A DNA stretch of 64,000 nt from Candidatus Poribacteria bacterium (GTDB taxonomy: Bacteria > Poribacteria > WGA-4E > WGA-3G): positions 288,001 through 352,000 of the forward strand of contig CBDBFU010000002.1 of the NCBI GenBank assembly GCA_965205025.1, written 5' to 3'. Shown piece by piece: positions 30,580 to 39,779 of the stretch (positions are counted from its first letter, which is position 1; each line of letters starts with the position of its first letter). The notes below the pieces were generated by a model, which was not told the DNA's origin, did not search any database, and saw nothing but the letters and a program-made list of their open reading frames with translations. The position numbers and the translations under genes were made by a program.

Positions 30580-30997
30580 CAGAAATTCTCACTTTATACT
30601 CAGATTGCAGCTGATAATTCTGTAAAATTTCATGTACAACAGCCAACAAAATAGACTTTGATTTTAATTCTGTCATGAAAGTCGGTTCGCTAAACTTATC
30701 TTGAATATGATCTGAGGATTCTTCTAAGTCTGTATGTAATTCCTCAAATTGAGAGATAGCCTCGTTTATTATTGGATCAGGCAGATAAAAATCAACTTCC
30801 TTTTCACCTGATATTGGCTCATTAGTTTCTAAATCAATTGAGTTCAAATTTTCCACTTTATCCGAGATAGTATTAAGACAAATGATGATTTCACTTTCAT
30901 CTTTCCAATCATGAAAGTCCAAAAGAGAAAGACCTTCTACTTTATAGATATCAACTACTTTGTGTGTTAGAGGATTGACAACTTCTATTTTCATCAT
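30572..30997 (-). CDS. Small acidic hypothetical protein, operonic
   Basis: 141-aa acidic ORF whose stop overlaps the PIN start; GAAGG RBS. Confidence 0.7.
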   Translation of the reverse strand: MMKIEVVNPLTHKVVDIYKVEGLSLLDFHDWKDESEIIICLNTISDKVENLNSIDLETNEPISGEKEVDFYLPDPIINEAISQFEELHTDLEESSDHIQDKFSEPTFMTELKSKSILLAVVHEILQNYQLQSEYKVRISDA

Positions 30998-31026
30998 AAA
31001 ACACCTTCACCAATAGAATTAGAATA

Positions 31027-31509
31027 TTATCCCCATAACCAATTTTTTAACTGGGTTTGTTTTTTTCCAATCGTACCGTAAGTGACTATTTTTTCTATAT
31101 GAATTGGAATTATATTCCCCAGTTCTTCAAATACTTTTAAATACATTCGTCCAAGAACAAAACATACTGAAATGTAATTATTTTGAATTACATTTAAAAA
31201 AGATGATTTGACATCAGATTGGATCTCAGCTACTCGCATTAAGTTCATCTTTTGGTCATACAACTTAGTTTGGTGATCTTTCGAAATAAGTCCATAAGCA
31301 GCAGACAAAATATAAACATCTAATTGCTTTGCTTTGAGCGGACATTCACGAAGAAAACGACGTAAAACAAAAAATAGGGGCCCGTTGTATCTCTCAATCG
31401 CAGGTAACGGCTCTTGAGAAGGGTGTTTCCGCTGGGAACAAGATAAAATCAGCAAACGACGGTGACTGTTCATAACATTCTTTCGCAAATATAAGATCGT
31501 ATTCAACAA
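31027..31509 (-). CDS. DUF6884/YaaA-like protein (start probably ATG 31473)
   Basis: LLILSCSQRK, PAIERYNGPLF, YILSAAYGLI, YDQKM, IGKK. Confidence 0.7.
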   Translation of the reverse strand: MLNTILYLRKNVMNSHRRLLILSCSQRKHPSQEPLPAIERYNGPLFFVLRRFLRECPLKAKQLDVYILSAAYGLISKDHQTKLYDQKMNLMRVAEIQSDVKSSFLNVIQNNYISVCFVLGRMYLKVFEELGNIIPIHIEKIVTYGTIGKKQTQLKNWLWG

Positions 31510-31526
31510 TAAACTGAATTTCTTAT

Positions 31527-31555
31527 ATTGTAAACTACAAGTTATATTATTGCAA
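31527..31555 (-). promoter_or_regulatory. sigma70 promoter of the DUF6884-TGT operon
   Basis: Minus strand TTGCAA-17 nt-TACAAT. Confidence 0.6.
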
Positions 31556-31600
31556 TGGGAAAATTAATGCTTGAATGCAATGGGAAAATTAATGCTTGAA
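31551..31600. repeat. Perfect 25-bp tandem duplication
   Basis: TGCAATGGGAAAATTAATGCTTGAA x2. Confidence 0.95.
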
Positions 31601-32270
31601 AAGACAAGATAGAAAACAGACTGGATTTATTACTACCGATTACACTTCCCGATACTCACCCTGAAACACCTCTCTAACATGCCAACCGATATTCCCTTCA
31701 TCAGGATTAAACGTTCGACTTTGAGGTAGGTTGATTCTCTCCCCATGAAAATTCATCAACCACTCCTGAAATCCAACTGTTCCATGTGCTTCATTAGAGA
31801 CTAAGATATGTAACTGTTTTGACAATGTAAAAGCCCCACGGTCAAATAACTTATGATGCAATGAGCATAAAGCTAATCCGTTTATTTCTTGGTCAGATCC
31901 ACCTGCCATCTGCCATCTAATATGACACGCATCCAGAGCAACAGGAGAATTACCTAATTTGACATCATATCCACAGACTGCACACCTGTATTCATAGGCT
32001 CTTAAAACACTCGTTCGAAAATTCGACAGACGTGTTCCCGTATCAAAAACTGGGAGAGGCAGTTCAATCCCAACGGCTTGCAGAATATCCTCATGAATGG
32101 ATTGGGGGAAATGTGCATCTAACAGATTTTGAACTATTTCAAAACATAGTACATGATCATTTTGAAGTTGTTCGCTTATAGTTTCGTTGAAACCACCAGA
32201 AACATTGTGATTTCTCAGATCAGTTACATGCGCATCACCACTTGCTGTTTCTCTAATCCTATCTGAATTA

Positions 32271-33175
32271 TAGTAAACTTTAGAATTAATGATACATGTT
32301 TATAACTTCATCAATGGTTATATCAGCATTGTATTCTCTGAGACGTTTGATATTCGCAAAGTCGTGTTCAATCGGGTTGTAGTCCGGTGAATAAGGTGGC
32401 AAAAACAATACCTCTGCTCCCGATGCTTCTATCAACTCACGCGTCCGAAGCGTCTTGTGGATCTTCGCATTATCAAGAACAACCACGTCTGAGACAGACA
32501 GCCGTGGACATAAATAGGCTTCAAGCCACGCATTGAAACACGCAGAATCGCAGCTTCCATCAAACAAACAAGGTGCCGTAAAAGTCGAACCGATACGCGC
32601 TGCGACCAGCGTCGTTGTTCGTGTTCTTGTGCCTGAGATCAAACCTAAGACACATTCACCTTTCGGGGCATAGCCATGACGCCTATAACTTTCAGCACGA
32701 AAACCGCATTCATCAACATAAACTATCTTTTTACCAGCGGCGTGTTTCTCGGTGAGTGTCTGACGGTAGCCCCTACGTTTCTCATCGCACCGCTCCTTAT
32801 ATCCGATTGTTTTTTTTTCGTGTGATGCCGAGTTTCCGCAACCCATAGGCTATAGAAGACTCTGAAACACCGAAATGTGAGGCGCGTTCGTTTTGCGTCA
32901 AGTCTGGGAAATCAGCGACATGTTTTTTCAGTGCTGCCTCGTCAAGCACTCTCATGCTTTTGGGCCCCGGTTTTTGGGTCGAAAGCGGGTCTTCAGCGGC
33001 TAACCATCTATAAATCGTTGAACGATTCAGAGAAAAACGACGGGCAGCTTCGGCTTTTTTCCCGCCAGCTTCAATAAAATCTAAAACGCGTTTGCGTAAA
33101 TCTGTTGAATATGCCATAATAGACACATTCTACTACAAAATACAAAAAATGTCTCTTTAATTCTGATGGTCACTA
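32271..33175 (-). mobile_element. Complete IS630-family insertion sequence
   Basis: TA target duplication (32269-32270, 33176-33177); imperfect IRs TAGTAAACTTTAGAATTA / TAATTCTGATGGTCACTA. Confidence 0.92.
32286..33126 (-). CDS. IS630 transposase, HTH ORF (32797-33126) plus DDE ORF (32286-32846), probably joined by a programmed frameshift
   Basis: AYSTDLRKRV HTH; YVDECGF, VLDNAKIH, LPPYSPDYNPIE; A9 run at 32810-32818 in the overlap. Confidence 0.88.
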
Positions 33176-33455
33176 TAGTCACTTCCCAGATGCCATCGTT
33201 TTGTAATCGCCAAAATGGAAAATGTGGATTGTAGCTATCGCGTCTTGGACCAAAATCTCTCAACAGGTTTCTTAAGTTATCTTCTATATCGTCAGTATAT
33301 GAGATTAACCTATCTTCACCACGTAACAATTTTCCAATTGCATATAGAAGTAACAAGGGTTTATGGGGTGCTCTTTCACCACCACTTGTCCATAGTCGGA
33401 AAGTTTCAAAAAGCCGAATTAATTCCGCCCTATCCATAACCAATATCCTACAATA

Positions 33456-34274
33456 TCATTTATGACACACCAAACACGGTTCCTCGTCATCCTCATCGTC
33501 ATGCACATCTGTGAGAATTTCGATGAGGCGTTGATTTGGTTTATCTTTTTTCTTTGATGCCTTCGCTTGTTCAGTACGTTCTTTGATCTGCTCTATACGT
33601 TCAGGGTTTGCCAATTCCTCTAAACTCTCTCCCTGACTCCATGTGAACCGTTCACCAGTCTCTGGATTAAACTTTTCGTAACTCTTGGCAAGTTCAAACA
33701 GATCTGGATGTTGTTCTAAGAGTCCAACCCATTCGGATTTACGTTGGAAAAAACAGAAGTAACAACCGGAACGTGTTCGCCAGTTGTAGTAGTCTGGCAT
33801 ACCGAGACCGCTTTCCTCCAGAATTTGGTATACATTCTCTTTGGTAATACCGTCCTCTTTGAACGGATATTTGGGTTCGATGTTTCGGAGAGAGGTGGTT
33901 TTTAGCGGTTTATATCCAACACGATCTTCGTCAGCACGGATAGCAATGTAGTGATATGCATGATCTTCACCGACATATTCTTCAAACGGTCTGATCTTGA
34001 GTTTGATAGTGCACCAACGCACTTGGGAAGAGGGCAGCATCCCGCCGTGAAGTGTTAGCCAGTGGTCGAAATCTCGTTCTACGTTGAGACGTGCAATCGG
34101 TTTGCCAAGGAATGCTTCTAAACGGTCAAGAAAGTCGTAGGTCTCTGGTAGTTCTTTCCCAGTATCCGTAAAGAAATACTCCATTTCTGGAACTCTGTCA
34201 CGCATATAGACTGCAAGTGCAGAACTATCTTTTCCACCTGAGAGTCCAAGAAGATGCCGTATATTTTTTGCCAT
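33456..34274 (-). CDS. sspD: PAPS-reductase-family PT synthase SspD, copy 2
   Basis: SGGKDS, RWCT, RSGCYFCFFQ, C-terminal CLVCHK; follows an sspC homolog. Confidence 0.85.
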   Translation of the reverse strand: MAKNIRHLLGLSGGKDSSALAVYMRDRVPEMEYFFTDTGKELPETYDFLDRLEAFLGKPIARLNVERDFDHWLTLHGGMLPSSQVRWCTIKLKIRPFEEYVGEDHAYHYIAIRADEDRVGYKPLKTTSLRNIEPKYPFKEDGITKENVYQILEESGLGMPDYYNWRTRSGCYFCFFQRKSEWVGLLEQHPDLFELAKSYEKFNPETGERFTWSQGESLEELANPERIEQIKERTEQAKASKKKDKPNQRLIEILTDVHDDEDDEEPCLVCHK

Positions 34275-34332
34275 GTTCTCCCCTGTTTACATCCTGTTAT
34301 TGATTTAGCACATATATAGGAATAAACAAATG

Positions 34333-37029
34333 TTATTCTTCCGATTCTTGCAATATTTCTTTTGAAATTCGCGCTAAAACTGCGAGACGAAGTTCTGAAT
34401 CATTTTCTACATCCAGATCATTAAGAACCTTTTTAATCGCCTGTTCAATTCTATCCGCGTGTTCAGGGTTAGTTAAGGTAACAACCCGTTCCTGTTCCTG
34501 TTCATTCGGTGAAGTGATACCTATCCGTATTGTCTCACCTTCAATTTCCGTGTGTTGCAGTTTTTCATAAGACACTGCTTCAAAATGGTTAAATTTTCTT
34601 ACGATTTGGGATAGGTTAATCTCAAATTGAGCGATGTCTGTATCTGTCCAAGATGCGGGTGGTTTTTTCACAACAAAAGTCCCAATTGATTCAATCCAAC
34701 TTGTGAAATCATGCCCTTCATTGTAAAGGTGTATTATAAATCCTTTGAGTTGTGGTTCAATAACGAATTCTAATAAAGATTCAGCCCTTTTGCCTAATTC
34801 AGTTCTAAGTTCTGCTCCTGTCGACTTCAAGGCAAATGCTTCTGCAAGCATCCGTTCAAGTAAGTTCAGCAACCCTTCGTACGCACCCCCAAGTTCGGAT
34901 AGTGTGTCTTGTAATGTGTTGAAAAAGTCTGAAAGGATCTTTGGATCTGATTTTTCTGTACCAAAACTTGGAAAACCTAATACCTTAGGTAACGCATTAA
35001 AGAGTAATTCGTCTGGTTCACTTGCTTTGTTAACCACCTCACGTAGATTTCTTGCGTTATCGCTTAACACTTGTGTTTTTTGTGTATACGCAGGAAGTTG
35101 TGCAACAAAACGGATCAACGGTGTAATGATTGTCAAAAGGTCCGGATTTTCGCTTTCCATAGGTTGATTGAGCATATCCAAAAATCGTTTAAATAGATCC
35201 CTACGTATACCTTCCATTCGGAACCGTTTAAGTTCAAAGTGTTGAGGTGCTTTAAGTAATCTTTCAAAAACCGGTACAGATAGATCTGCAACAAAGGTTC
35301 CATTTTCATAGAGTGCAACTTCAGTTTTATAGTAGATAATCGCCGCACACAACAAAATTGGTAGTGGACCTTCCCGTACTCCATAGGGAAGAGACATTAG
35401 ACTTTTATAAAGTTTTTCAACAGGTTGCCGTTCCTCTTCACATTCAACAAGGCATTCCTCAATTGCATTCCATATATGTTTGAGACCATTTGCATCATCT
35501 GCTCTTGGGGGATGGAACCCAAACTGTCCTGTCTCGTAACGATGTATCCCCGTATTCCATAGCAATGAACGGAATATACTCATCTCAGCAGGATACCCTT
35601 TGATACCAAGATCTTTTTGATCCCCATTCTCAAGCATGTGTTGAATCAGTTTTCTACGGGCGGAAGTAGAAGCACCAGATATTTTCCGCCTATTTATGAG
35701 TTCATTCTTAATAATTGGTGTCTTATGATACACCTGATCACATATTATTGACAAATATCGGTTTCGTTCACGTATCGAAGTTATTTTTATGTGTTCCCTT
35801 TTGTAATACCAATCACATGTATCTTGATTCATACTCTCAAAAGTCTTCATTATTTCATCCTGTACATTGCGTTCAGCCTCAACTTGTCGTATTGAGAGTT
35901 CTCGTCTTGCGACAGCATCGCCTTCAAGTTCAGGTGTATTCTCGTTAATCCAACGTAAGTAAGCAAGTTGGGAGACTGCGTCACGTAGAAACCCAATGGA
36001 TCGTGGAATAGCAACCAAAACCCTACTGTATGTTTCAGGATCTAATAACTGCGCTTTTTCAGTCAGTAGTTTCACTTCATGTTCATGTGATGGTAGTGTA
36101 TATAGCACAAGTCCATCTGCATCATCCAGTGGCTCAGATATATCCGAGTCAAAGTTATCAATATCGGTATATCTAACATTGAAATATCGTAGTGTACCAG
36201 TCTGATATAAATGTCTGCTGGCAATAAGAGGACGGGTTGGCATGTGGTTCGATAAATCAGTCGCAAGTGTTACATGTGTATCAACATGTTTTTCTGCCTC
36301 GCGGAGTCTCTCTTCAATGTCAATATCACTTCCTTCCCAAAGTGAGAAGTTATCATTGAAACGACGGTAAATTACAATTGAACGGTTCTTTAAAGTGGAA
36401 AGAGCATCTTGAAATTCGGTATTGGACGCTTGCGTACTATCAAGTGCGTAACGAAGTAATTGTTCAGAGGCTTTTAGGTTTGGAATTGGCTCGCTTACGA
36501 TACCGAGTAGACCAATAGTCTTTATCAATCTAACAGTCATTTCTGAAGGATTCTCTAATTGATGAATAGCGGATTCAATCTCTGTCCATTTCTTTCCAGC
36601 ATCAGCTGTATAGAATCGGCTCGCATGTGCAGCATTTAGATAATCGTATAAATGGGAAAGTGTATATGTTGGTAATACTTTTCCATCATAATGATTGTTA
36701 GAAAGAAATTCTTGTAAACCGTACGGTTCACTGGAACTAAGAAATGCAAAAAGTGATCGTTCATTCTGAGCAAAACGTCTGAATAAGGGTCCGATGAGGA
36801 GTGCGACAGTCGGATGAAGTGGGAAACAATTTTCTAATAATTGTGTGAATTCTGTATCCTCAAGTTGATGTGGTTTTAGTGCCAATTCAAGTGCAGTTTC
36901 AAGATTTTGGTTTACATCAATTTCTGAACGATTTTCTAATGCCTCCCCTACCAAACGTAGCACCTGTTCAGTGGGTTCAACAAAGGCGACATCCTCAAAC
37001 CGTCCCTGTATTTTTGCCCACTCTTCACG
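34333..37029 (-). pseudogene. sspC: 5'-truncated SspC, copy 2 (no Walker A/B region)
   Basis: Homologous to 45477-49013 from REEWAKIQGRFED onward (PLHP, QNERSLFAFL, WEGSDIDI, NELINRR); cut off abruptly at the 23-bp repeat. Confidence 0.85.
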
Positions 37030-37109
37030 GATGGAGCAAAAGATAACATGGCGAAGTCATCAGCGAAACTGTACATCAGATGCTTCACGATTTCATCATA
37101 TTGTGCTAT
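37029..37109 (-). pseudogene. Displaced 5' end of the Rpn gene plus the right 23-bp direct repeat (37029-37051)
   Basis: (I/M)AQYDEIVKHLMYSFADDFAMLSFA; MLSFA is also the start of the 25297-26127 ORF. Confidence 0.85.
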
Positions 37110-37140
37110 GTAAAGTGTTTCGCAGTTAGTCGTTTTGGAC

Positions 37141-37976
37141 TTAGGAATTATACAGTTTCCCATCCCATAGATTCAAATAGATACCTCCAAAAGACTTGTG
37201 GGTCCTTCCTATAATTATACTTATAACACCCTCTGCCACATACAATGGTGCATACGCAATGCTATAGTGATGATGTGATCCGTACCACGCTCGTTTTAAA
37301 AGAGACCAAAACCCTTCTATTGTGTTAGTATGAACATCTCCATCTACAAATTGACTTTCGTGACGAATAACAGAATGTCTAATCTCTCTGCTAACAATAT
37401 TGTAAATCCGAAATTCATCTGTGATTAGTTCAGATTCATCCATGCTTACATAAACCTTACCGTCTCTTTCAACAGCGCCAATCACTGCCTGTTTAGATGT
37501 TCCACGACCTCGCTTTATAGGTTCATCGTCTTCGCACTTATTTCGTTTTCTCGGTTTACCACCAATATAGGTTTCATCTGCTTCTATAATACCTGATAAT
37601 AACGGATCTGTTTTATCTGCCATTTCTGCACGTATACGAGTCATCATATACCACGCAACTTTTTGCTTTATATCCAAATCACGGGCTAATTGACAACTTG
37701 ATAAGTTTTCTTGGCATTCAACATTAACGCAATCGCTAAAAACCATTTCTGTAATGGTATTTTAGTACCATGAAAATACTGTGCCTTGTGTAACTTTGAA
37801 ACTGACTTTACATGAGTTCCAATTCCATCTGCCGATTCTACCTGTTTCTTTGCGTTTAGTAACTCGATCTCCACCACAATGAACATAAACAGGATTATCA
37901 CTCCATCGGATATGCTCTAAGAATGATATGCAGGTTGACTGATCGGGAATAATTCCATGAATTCAACTAAATTCAT
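37141..37976 (-). pseudogene. IS1595-family transposase, frameshifted
   Basis: MNLVEF start, FHGTKIPLQKWF, QLARDL, IEADETYIGGK, HTNTIEGFWSLLKR spread over several frames. Confidence 0.85.
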
Positions 37977-38400
37977 ATCTATTTTCCTTTTTTTATAATG
38001 AGACAACTTGCCAATCTATCACACAACAATCATAATCAACTGCCGTTATATTACATATTGTGCCGTATCATCAATCATTGTCAATCAAAAAAAATGATTC
38101 TATCGTTTAAATTTAAATCACAATCGTTAACTGCCATAATATCAGTTGAAAGTGTGGAATAGTCTATGACTGCACAATTTGCGAAATGGTAATTACGGGT
38201 TTTTCTGAAACATTTAGCTGAAAATTACGTTCATTAATAATGCTTTAAGTTGTCTTCACAATGTTACACAAGTAAAAATGTTGTGTTTTTTCAAAAAGTA
38301 TGATACCATATATTACTGCAAAACGGCAATTTGCCCTAGTTACAAACGTGTTTTTAGTCAATTGCGTTACAAAATTTGCAGTAATATATGGAGGGTATGA

Positions 38401-38644
38401 TATGGATGACCAAGAAATTAATGAGATTTCAAATACTATACTTGAAAAATTAACAACTTTTATAGATGAGAAATTTGAATCCGTTGAAAAAAGGCTGGGG
38501 CAAGTTGAAAAAAGGCTGGATCAAATTTCTGATGATATTGAATCTATTAGAGAACATCTTAATCTTGAGAGGTCTAGACATACAGGTCGTGTGATGCCGT
38601 ACAAGAAGAATCATACAGACTATGGAAGTGTATGGCGTCCATAA
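38401..38644 (+). CDS. Small coiled-coil hypothetical protein
   Basis: GGAGG RBS before ATG 38402; heptad repeat VEKRLGQ-VEKRLDQ. Confidence 0.6.
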
Positions 38645-38683
38645 TTATTTTTTTACAATGTTTTAAAAAGGGGTCATAAGCAA

Positions 38684-38965
38684 ATGGATTTTAAAGAACT
38701 TATAGAAAAAGGCAATCAACTTAAAGATGACTCAAAACTTTCAGAAGCTGCAGAAATATATTCTAAAGCTTACGAACTTGCTGAAAACGATCGGCAAAGG
38801 TCGGAATGTTTACAATATTTACTACATGTGCATACTGATAGGTGTATATCAGTATTTTTAGAGATAAGAAATATTCCTGGATACTACAATTTTGAGTGGC
38901 CTTGGTTCCCAGGTAATATACCACTAAATTATACAAAACCTCCAACAGATGAAATTTTTGTTTAA
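38684..38965 (+). CDS. Small hypothetical protein with a TPR-like helix pair
   Basis: LIEKGNQL....LSEAAEIYSKAYEL. Confidence 0.55.
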   Translation: MDFKELIEKGNQLKDDSKLSEAAEIYSKAYELAENDRQRSECLQYLLHVHTDRCISVFLEIRNIPGYYNFEWPWFPGNIPLNYTKPPTDEIFV

Positions 38966-39096
38966 GTGATACTGAACAAATAACACACCAATCTGTTATT
39001 ATATCATAAAAATCTTTGAAGTCAATTTAATAATATTGTCTTCAAAGATTTTTTCATGTTATAATGCGGAATAGAAAATTGCCAAGTATCCTAAAT

Positions 39097-39169
39097 TGGG
39101 GAGTAGCTTAATTGGTAAAGCAGCTGGCTGCGAGCCAAAAGGTTAGGGGTTCAAATCCCTCTCCTCCAT
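39097..39169 (+). tRNA. Degenerate tRNA-like sequence (anticodon position GCG, Arg)
   Basis: TAGCTTAATTGGTAAAGC D-arm, TGG-CTGCGAG-CCA anticodon arm, GGGGTTCAAATCCCT T-arm; mismatched acceptor and anticodon stems; TGnTATAAT at 39057-39065. Confidence 0.55.
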
Positions 39170-39358
39170 AATATAGAATACCTGACATTATTTACATCAA
39201 ATATTTTATAAAAAATTAATCATACATTAAAAAAATACGGTGTCAAGAAATTTAATTGAATTTTACGGAGAATTAATTGATTTTTTCTTGAATTTTAGTT
39301 GATTACCTAATTTAGGTTATTGTATTATTCTGGTAATAATTACCTATATGTCAAAATA

Positions 39359-39574
39359 CTACAAATTCTTAACTTTTATACTTAACTCTAAGTATTTTGC
39401 ATAGGCATTTTTCAATGCCTCATATATACGATCATAGTGATTATACGTTTTCTTTAACAAAGATTTACAGCCACTACCACCCTTAATGGATCCCTCAATC
39501 AATTCAGCAACATTAACGGGTATCGATCCTTTCCATAACTCTATATTTTTCTGTTCTAAATAGTTGTACATCAT
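39359..39574 (-). CDS. Small hypothetical protein or gene fragment
   Basis: 71-aa ORF only. Confidence 0.3.
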   Translation of the reverse strand: MMYNYLEQKNIELWKGSIPVNVAELIEGSIKGGSGCKSLLKKTYNHYDRIYEALKNAYAKYLELSIKVKNL

Positions 39575-39779
39575 CTACTCTTGGTATTTCACTCTCAATA
39601 ATAGATATAAGGTTCTCAGTAAAGTTTATTTGATGATCCAAACTCTTTAATAATGATTAGGAAAATCATTTAACCTGTCCATGGTTACAAACGCAACGCC
39701 TCCCCATCTACCTCCATGCCAAGTGAAACTCCAATCAGTACTCCCTTTCCAATCTCCATTTAGTTTGACAGTAAGTTTA

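Larger units (their letters stand above)
31640..33443 (-). pseudogene. SBD-HNH (phosphorothioate-dependent type IV) restriction endonuclease interrupted by IS630
   Basis: N-part RAPHKPLLLL..PHFPFWRLQNDGIWE; C-part FRTSVLRAYEYRCAVCG..ACHI..NGLALCSLHHKLFDRG; removing the IS and one TA restores WEVT-NSDRIR in frame. Confidence 0.85.

Noticed and set aside
26190-31509. Canonical Dpd or QatABCD system, or housekeeping tgt
   Set aside because: No DpdB/C, helicases, QueC or TatD recognised; the TGT lacks the zinc motif and the queA/yajC context
33456-34274. cysH sulfate-assimilation gene
   Set aside because: No cys neighbours; linked to sspC and carries the SspD-type C-terminal CxxC
37130-39360. 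Defined terminal inverted repeats for the IS1595 element
   Set aside because: Only weak similarity between 37131-37151 and 39335-39358, so the ends could not be fixed
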